From positions 7,317 through 71,316 of the forward strand of contig JAGVXV010000016.1 in NCBI GenBank assembly GCA_018303625.1: a stretch of DNA of 64,000 bases. Direction: 5' to 3'. Each line of letters starts with the position of its first letter. Positions within the stretch are counted from its first letter, which is position 1. A model generated the notes under the pieces. It did not search any database, had not been told where the DNA came from, and saw only the letters and a list, made by a program, of their open reading frames with translations. The DNA is from Candidatus Woesearchaeota archaeon. Lineage in GTDB: Archaea > Nanobdellota > Nanobdellia > Woesearchaeales > GW2011-AR4. Positions 57,246-64,000 of this stretch are shown one piece after another. The position numbers and the translations under genes were made by a program.

Positions 57246-58166
57246 ATGGAAAGAGTAAGGGCCTTTGATAGTGTGGTGCAGCTCCACTACGAAAATTTGG
57301 AAGCAGCTAGAAGAAAACATCCTGTAAAGAATGGAAGGTTCATGGTTGACAGCAGACCAGTAAGAGAAGGCAAAGAAAACCACTTGCATGAAGGGCTACT
57401 TATTGCTGAAATTGTAAATAAAGAGGTTGCAGGTGATATAAGTAGGTTGCAAGACTTATCAAAAAAACTTACAGTTGAAGGTGGAACTGTAAGCGAATTT
57501 GTTTATGTGGGGGATGGAAAAGAATTTTCTGCATATTTAAGAGAGCATAAAGGTGATGGAGCACATATTTTAGCTGGACACTATATAGCAACTGTTCATC
57601 CAGCCTTTGTAAATAATCCACCGGGCATCCCTTCAAATTTTCAGATTTCAGACTATGTTCCAAAAGACTTTGTACGCTATGGCAATGCAGAACCAATAAA
57701 CGCATCTGATATTAAGATAATTGGTGCAAGAGCATATGAAGGTATAATATTACCAGTAGCAGTCCATAATTCTATGGGAATAGAAATGACCACTATTCTA
57801 TTAAGAGCAACTGGGTATGGGGATACTGGAATGGGTCCAATATGGGAACAAACATATAGAGGAACAAAACGGAATTTTTCCTTTAACACTAATCCTGATA
57901 ATAGGGCAGGGTATCCAGCGGAATATCCGGAAATCGTAGGAGTACATAGAAGTTATAAGCGCATGCCAAATGAAGAACTTCGATGTGTATTTTCGACAGA
58001 TGGCAATCATTATCGACCACAGGTCCCCTTAGATAACTATGAGAGTTGTTTAGTGCCAGTTCCTGGATTAGTTCCAACACTAAATGGGCATGGGCCTAAT
58101 GGCAGAAACGGGCATAATGGCACCGGAAAAAAACATTACGTGCCTGAACTACCAATTTTAGCCTAA
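57246..58166 (+). CDS. Hypothetical protein (306 aa) with His/Asn/Gly-rich tail
   Basis: GGGAGGAG SD then ATG 57246 (track start TTG 57201 lies upstream of the SD); tail NGHGPNGRNGHNGTGKK. Confidence 0.5.
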   Translation: MERVRAFDSVVQLHYENLEAARRKHPVKNGRFMVDSRPVREGKENHLHEGLLIAEIVNKEVAGDISRLQDLSKKLTVEGGTVSEFVYVGDGKEFSAYLREHKGDGAHILAGHYIATVHPAFVNNPPGIPSNFQISDYVPKDFVRYGNAEPINASDIKIIGARAYEGIILPVAVHNSMGIEMTTILLRATGYGDTGMGPIWEQTYRGTKRNFSFNTNPDNRAGYPAEYPEIVGVHRSYKRMPNEELRCVFSTDGNHYRPQVPLDNYESCLVPVPGLVPTLNGHGPNGRNGHNGTGKKHYVPELPILA

Positions 58167-58238
58167 TAAAATTTAATATAAAAAAATAATAAAAAATAAG
58201 AAATATAAATGTCCAAAACAAGGATTAGGGCTGATTAA

Positions 58239-58307
58239 TTATTCTTCATCCCATCCATAATCATTATCGTCTTCTTCCGCAAATCTGGCATAATTGAAGC
58301 TTTCCAT
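58239..58307 (-). CDS. 22-aa acidic mini-ORF with near-perfect SD
   Basis: rc: TGGGGAGGTTTGAAAATG; MESFNYARFAEEDDNDYGWDEE. Confidence 0.25.
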   Translation of the reverse strand: MESFNYARFAEEDDNDYGWDEE

Positions 58308-58446
58308 TTTCAAACCTCCCCAGTTTTATTTTATCATAAATGATGCAGCGGGTGTATGCCCATCTAATATTTAAACATTTAGTTTTTGACTCTTACTTGC
58401 CGATATTGCAAAAAATTAATAAAAACAGAATTTTAAGTGTTCTATA

Positions 58447-58860
58447 ATGGAAAAAAACTGGAAAAAGGGGATTGCAAGAGATGTTATGGCTTTGGGCTCT
58501 ATTCCATTCTACTTTATCGTAATCATAAGGGCAATTATTGGAAAATATGCAATATTTGTTTATCAGCTATTGATTGCCGCCATAATATTATTTCTGCTAA
58601 TGAAAATTTTCAGGAAATCCAATGCGCATATTGCAAGAGGTCTTATCCTTGTGGTTTTCACAAGCTTATTTTATAGAGATAATTTATATACAACTTTCGC
58701 TTTTTTATTGTGGATTTTTATGCTTATATCTGGATTTTATATAAAAATAAAGAAAAATGAGATTATTAAAGGGGTTTTATTTGGCGTCATTGCTGCATCG
58801 ACATCTTATTATTTGTCGCCATTCATTGCAAGATTCATAAATTTTCAATTTGCAGCTTAA
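58447..58860 (+). CDS. Small polytopic membrane protein (4 TM)
   Basis: 137 aa hydrophobic. Confidence 0.45.
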   Translation: MEKNWKKGIARDVMALGSIPFYFIVIIRAIIGKYAIFVYQLLIAAIILFLLMKIFRKSNAHIARGLILVVFTSLFYRDNLYTTFAFLLWIFMLISGFYIKIKKNEIIKGVLFGVIAASTSYYLSPFIARFINFQFAA

Positions 58861-59606
58861 ACCTTGCCCAGCTCCTTGTCTATTTCCTTTTGCACCTGAT
58901 TCAGTGTTATGTCTATCTCGCCGAAATGCTTTTCCTGGTGCAACTCAATTTTTCTCTGGTTTGATAAATGCAATAAGGGAATGAATGTATAAATTTTGTC
59001 CTCTTTGGAATCAGAAGGAACAATCTGCGAAAAAGTAACCGTGTTTTGCTTATTCCCGAGTATAAATGCCTTTACTCTCCCGTATACTTCCCTTATCACC
59101 TGGGTTATATCGCGGCTTTTTTTTGGAATCCTGACATTGGCAGGAGGCGCTGAATTCAAAACTCTCCTTCTTTTGACTTCAAGCGCTTTTTGCAGCGCAT
59201 CAACCAGGTCATAAATGGAAACTTTCCTCTTTCTGGGCTGCGGCATCCTGGGAATCAAGCGGGGGTTGTCTTCCTGCAGTTTGCCGAAAGTTTCCTCGAA
59301 AGCAAGCTCTTCAATAGATTCTTCGTCGCCTGCTATAAGCCTGTCAAACTCTGTTAAGTCCTGCGTAAGAAGCCTGTTTGATTTTATCCTTAACAGCACT
59401 GCCGCAGCAAGCAGCACCTTTCCAGAAATCCTGAAATTAAGCTCTTTCAGCTTTTTTATCGTGGTGATATACCTTTTTGTCAGTATGCTTACATCGATAT
59501 CCCATGGGTCCATCTCCTCGGTTTTTACTAATTCATAGATTAAAGTCTGCCAAGTGATTTCGTCCTTATCCAGCAATAATTCAAAAATTTTGTCGTGAGC
59601 GTCCAT
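58857..59606 (-). CDS. scpA: Segregation and condensation protein A (kleisin)
   Basis: N-terminal ELLLDKDEITWQTLIYELVK...DPWDIDVSIL pattern of ScpA; 249 aa. Confidence 0.7.
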   Translation of the reverse strand: MDAHDKIFELLLDKDEITWQTLIYELVKTEEMDPWDIDVSILTKRYITTIKKLKELNFRISGKVLLAAAVLLRIKSNRLLTQDLTEFDRLIAGDEESIEELAFEETFGKLQEDNPRLIPRMPQPRKRKVSIYDLVDALQKALEVKRRRVLNSAPPANVRIPKKSRDITQVIREVYGRVKAFILGNKQNTVTFSQIVPSDSKEDKIYTFIPLLHLSNQRKIELHQEKHFGEIDITLNQVQKEIDKELGKV

Positions 59607-59699
59607 AATACGAATTTATACCAGAATAGATATATAAACTTAATGTAAAAATATAAGCTACAAAACATTTTTAAATAATATCCAAATAGCATTTGCTAT

Positions 59700-59796
59700 G
59701 GGCCCGTGGTCTAGTCCGGTATGATAACTCCTTTACACGGAGTAGGTCACCAGTTCAAACTGTTAATTAGCCATCATGAAAGTCTGGTCGGGCCCA
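59700..59796 (+). tRNA. tRNA-Val(UAC) with ~22-nt T-loop insertion
   Basis: GGGCCCG-TG-GTCT-AGTCCGGTA-TGAT-A-ACTCC-TTTACAC-GGAGT-AGGTC-ACCAG-TTCAA[actgttaattagccatcatgaa]AGT-CTGGT-CGGGCCC-A. Confidence 0.7.
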
Positions 59797-59797
59797 T

Positions 59798-59884
59798 GCG
59801 CGAGTGATCTAATGGCTATGATTGGGCCTTGCCAAGCAGAAATGCGAAAAGAGGCTCCCATCCGGGTTCGAATCCCGGCTCGCG
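59798..59884 (+). tRNA. tRNA-Gly(GCC) with ~15-nt 37/38 intron; 1-nt spacer after tRNA-Val (dicistronic)
   Basis: GCGCGAG-TG-ATCT-..-TGAT-T-GGGCC-TTGCCA[agcagaaatgcgaaaag]A-GGCTC-CCAT-CCGGG-TTCGAAT-CCCGG-CTCGCGC-A. Confidence 0.7.
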
Positions 59885-59904
59885 CATTTAATTTTATTTT
59901 TGAT

Positions 59905-60005
59905 TACTTTTTAATATTTAAAAAGCTGCGAGTTATCTTGGCGGCGCCATTGACGCGCCGCATCCATAATCGCCACATTGCGGGCGACTATGTTGCGCGA
60001 CATCA
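59905..60005 (+). other. GC-rich ~100-nt element with two look-alike 7-bp GC-clamped hairpins (loops CATTGAC / ATCATTG)
   Basis: GCGGCGC-cattgac-GCGCCGC and GCGCGAC-atcattg-GTCGCGC; stands out against ~30% GC spacer between the tRNA-Val/Gly pair and tRNA-Ile. Confidence 0.4.
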
Positions 60006-60114
60006 TTGGTCGCGCCAAATTTCTTTAAGTTTTTTTATTTTTGAACGAATTTTATAATACTGTTATTTATCAGAAACTTTTAAATATAATGTATTATTCT
60101 TCCAAGCTGTTTTT

Positions 60115-60216
60115 GGGCCCGTAGCTCAGCCTGGTTAGAGCGACGGTCTTATATGGCATCGCTCTACGCAGCTCTAAGTGAGCCGTAGGTCGAGAGTTCA
60201 AATCTCTTCGGGCCCA
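60115..60216 (+). tRNA. tRNA-Ile(UAU) with ~27-nt 37/38 intron
   Basis: GGGCCCG-TA-GCTC-AGCCTGGTTA-GAGC-G-ACGGT-CTTATA[intron]A-GCCGT-AGGTC-GAGAG-TTCAAAT-CTCTT-CGGGCCC-A; anticodon TAT. Confidence 0.65.
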
Positions 60217-60280
60217 CCTTCACTATTTCTTAGTAGTTAAATTAGAAAGATTTAAAAAATAATGCCCATTAGAGAAGCAA

Positions 60281-61333
60281 ATGAGCAAGTATCTTTTTAA
60301 TGAAAAATCTCCAAAGCAGGAAGCAGTTATTGTATCTAGCGGTCTTGATGACGAAGAGCGCCGATTGGTCAAATCGGTTGTTGAATGGGATTTTCCAAAT
60401 GAATGGGCTAAAAACCTATTTGCAGTCCATGGAAGGAGTATCGTTTTTAAAAGTCCGACAAGAACAGGGTGTATTGATGATTATCTTGAAGGCAGATTTG
60501 ATGGGCTGCAGTTAGTTGGTGTTGGGGGAAGCTTGTACTATGTTAGATCTGGAATGGTAGAAAGACCCGGAATTTTGGTTATTGACCAGCCAGACCCTAA
60601 GAATCATGCAGAAATGTTAAGTGATATAACAGAATTAAGGGATTTTGACAATGAAGGAAAAATTGTATTCTCCAATAGAAAATACGTTCCTTTAAGAGGT
60701 ATGGATCTGGGGGAAGCGCAAAATCGTAAAAGATTCACAGCAATAGTCAGAGGCATGGTAGAAAAATTCAGGCAAGAAAATATAAGACTGCCATTCGTAG
60801 CTCCGGAAATTGCTGCGGAGGGGTATTTTCCAAAAAAAATAGATGATGGAAACACGCCTCTGCAATTTCAGGTTTATAGAGTGCCTATAATTCCTAGGTT
60901 CCCCAGTCAAACAACAGACAGGTTCTATCAAGGAGGAGATGTAAGGGATATGTTGGATCTCATTGGATTTGTTACCCATAAGATGGGAAAAGTTTTAAGG
61001 TCATTTCACGCCAATGATCTTGCCTATATGGACAGCCATCTTGGAAATATTAGCCTTATTAGTAATAACAAATCTGATGCCATTTACACCACAGACCTTG
61101 GCAGCATGAAGGAGTTTTCCAATGAGAAGTTCCCGAGAAGATACATGGGATTTGATGCATATTCCTTTTTGTTTAGTGCCATGAAACATACAGAGGCCAT
61201 ATTGAATTTTTTTCAATCAAAGATTTTAGTAAATGGGGCCGAAATTGAAGATAGAAAAATTGCTTTATTGCATCTAGCAAATAGCTACATTGATAGTTTT
61301 CTTAATGGATATTTTCGGCCCGAGGAAATATGA
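60281..61333 (+). CDS. Hypothetical protein with protein-kinase-like catalytic/activation motifs
   Basis: FHANDLAYMDSHLGNISL (H.D....N-like) followed by IYTTDLGSMKEF (DFG-like DLG); 350 aa; no P-loop seen. Confidence 0.5.
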   Translation: MSKYLFNEKSPKQEAVIVSSGLDDEERRLVKSVVEWDFPNEWAKNLFAVHGRSIVFKSPTRTGCIDDYLEGRFDGLQLVGVGGSLYYVRSGMVERPGILVIDQPDPKNHAEMLSDITELRDFDNEGKIVFSNRKYVPLRGMDLGEAQNRKRFTAIVRGMVEKFRQENIRLPFVAPEIAAEGYFPKKIDDGNTPLQFQVYRVPIIPRFPSQTTDRFYQGGDVRDMLDLIGFVTHKMGKVLRSFHANDLAYMDSHLGNISLISNNKSDAIYTTDLGSMKEFSNEKFPRRYMGFDAYSFLFSAMKHTEAILNFFQSKILVNGAEIEDRKIALLHLANSYIDSFLNGYFRPEEI

Positions 61334-61468
61334 TTCAGAAGTTCGTAGAACATTTTGAAATAATAAGTCCAAGGAACAGAGCAATAGCGGGTTTTTATGC
61401 TTCGTGACCTTATTTAAGCGCCTCAAATTAAAAACCTTTAAAAACAACTTACTTTTTTCTATGTGTGC

Positions 61469-61616
61469 GCTCCCGTGGTGTAGTCCGGTCTGAAGAAAGT
61501 CCATCACATGATGGTTGTTCTTTCGGGATAACCAATCATTTCGGATTTTCGATCCGAAGACCTGGGTTCAAAGAAGATAAGGTCCATCCTGACTTTAGAA
61601 AGTCCCGGCGGGAGCA
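61469..61616 (+). tRNA. tRNA-Glu(UUC) with ~43-nt D-loop insertion and ~27-nt T-loop insertion
   Basis: GCTCCCG-TG-GTGTAGTCCGGTC[tgaagaaag...ataacc]AATCAT-T-TCGGA-TTTTCGA-TCCGA-AGAC-CTGGG-TTCAA[..]AGT-CCCGG-CGGGAGC-A, then T7. Confidence 0.6.
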
Positions 61617-61623
61617 TTTTTTT
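61617..61623 (+). terminator. Oligo-T terminator after tRNA-Glu(UUC)
   Basis: ttttttt directly after discriminator A. Confidence 0.45.
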
Positions 61624-61800
61624 CTATGTATACAACTAATCCGCAGATTAAACCGCAATAATCGCCAATTCCTTCAGATGTTGGTCAAGTTTCGCGCCTG
61701 CTGCAAACAAAAACAATAATCTTTATAAAACAACATTAAGTTCTTTCCTGAATAAAAACTATTTGGAGGTTAAGTAACCCGCAGAGTAGGGAAGCAACAC

Positions 61801-61902
61801 ATGAAAAGAAGTTCAAGGCGTTGGAAGAAAAAAAGACAAATGCGCTGGAAGTGGCAAAGGAAAAGAATGAAAAAAGAGAAAAGAAGAAGAGCAAAAAGGT
61901 AG
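61801..61902 (+). CDS. Putative ribosomal protein L41e-like basic peptide (33 aa)
   Basis: MKRSSRRWKKKRQMRWKWQRKRMKKEKRRRAKR; extreme K/R content with W residues as in L41e (MRAKWRKKR...). Confidence 0.35.
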   Translation: MKRSSRRWKKKRQMRWKWQRKRMKKEKRRRAKR

Positions 61903-62219
61903 GTTATACTGCTAGTCTGGGGTTTTCCCATTGTTTAAACCAACGGAAAGGTTTGATTTTCCCGGTCTCGGAAAACTAAGTTTTCAGAAACAAAGGGAAA
62001 TTCAAAGAGTTTTCTGGCTTGGGAAATCTTTGATTTCCGAAACATTTAAATATGAAAAAGAGATTCACATTTCCTCTTATCGCCTCCGCTCATATATCTT
62101 TAGATATTAAATTCTAAAAGACATATAGAAAGCTGATAGTTGATTTGATGCTTGATGGAACTATCAAGTATGTGCAAACAAAAAGTGCTTCCAATTTGAA
62201 TAAGCGACCAAAAGGTTTA

Positions 62220-63693
<1,474 letters not shown>

Positions 63694-63770
63694 ATTTTTT
63701 TTATTTTATATTCATAAACAATTAAACATTACCAACCTTAAAAGTGGTAATTCATACAAAGTCATATGTT

Positions 63771-63887
63771 GGGCCCGTAGCTCAACCGCAGAGCGCTGCC
63801 CTTGCACGAAGCAATTCGATGAAAGGCAGAGGCTTCGGGTTCAAAATTAAGGCCCAAGGGCTTTAGATGAAAGTCCCGACGGGTCCA
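63771..63887 (+). tRNA. ITS tRNA-Ala(UGC), G3:U70, with 37/38 intron plus T-loop insertion
   Basis: GGGCCCG-TA-GCTC-AACCGCA-GAGC-G-CTGCC-CTTGCA[cgaagcaattcgatgaa]A-GGCAG-AGGCT-TCGGG-TTCAA[aattaaggcccaagggctttagatgaa]AGT-CCCGA-CGGGTCC-A. Confidence 0.65.
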
Positions 63888-64000
63888 TTTCATTATTCAG
63901 CTTTAAAAGATTAGATTATGTTCATTCATCACGAATGATTGCCCATAGCAAATTTGATTTGTTATGGGTAGGTTGATATTAATGAAACCATGCATAGACT

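Noticed and set aside
59776-60057. 93-aa ORF
   Set aside because: Spans tRNA-Val, tRNA-Gly and the GC-rich hairpin element; an artefact of the GC island.
61465-61719. 84-aa ORF
   Set aside because: Coincides with tRNA-Glu(UUC) and its introns.

Overview
AT-rich archaeal chromosomal segment. Gene content, tiny ribosomal proteins, an archaeal histone, S-layer domains and a tRNA-Ile(UAU) point to a DPANN-like, reduced archaeon. Core content comprises: (a) an L7Ae-S28e-L24e-NDK cluster fused to an aEF2-aEF1alpha-S10 cluster; (b) SRP54, ThrRS and GluRS; (c) an L44e-S27e-aIF2alpha-Nop10-PAC2 cluster; (d) FtsY-prefoldin-PRPP synthase; (e) enolase and dPGM; (f) a BatA/BatB-vWA + MoxR + DUF58 operon; (g) CorA; (h) two S-layer-domain proteins, one frameshifted; and (i) a partial rRNA operon (16S, then ITS tRNA-Ala, with the window ending before 23S). 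The most unusual part is the RNA complement. There are at least 10 tRNA genes, most carrying introns. Six or seven of them share a non-canonical insertion at the same place in the T-loop (TTCAA..intron..AAGT); two Glu tRNAs carry 2-3 introns each, and one tRNA-like RNA could not be folded by eye. The 16S gene carries an ~80-nt insertion at the conserved GGATTAGATACCC site. Several repeated non-coding elements are also present. One is a 3-member family of SD-led 29-30-codon mini-ORFs/hairpins with a conserved P-x-HPL core. One is a ~65-nt GC-rich unit present three times. One is a MITE-like element with 9-bp target-site duplications (TSDs) in the L44e-S27e spacer. One is a twin GC-hairpin element inside a tRNA cluster. 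Accessory content includes HEPN-MNT and MazEF-like toxin-antitoxin (TA) pairs, an orphan RelE-like toxin, a truncated Hel308 fragment, a Cys-rich repeat surface protein and several unrecognised proteins. All calls are by eye from the sequence and the ORF track; no database searches were run.
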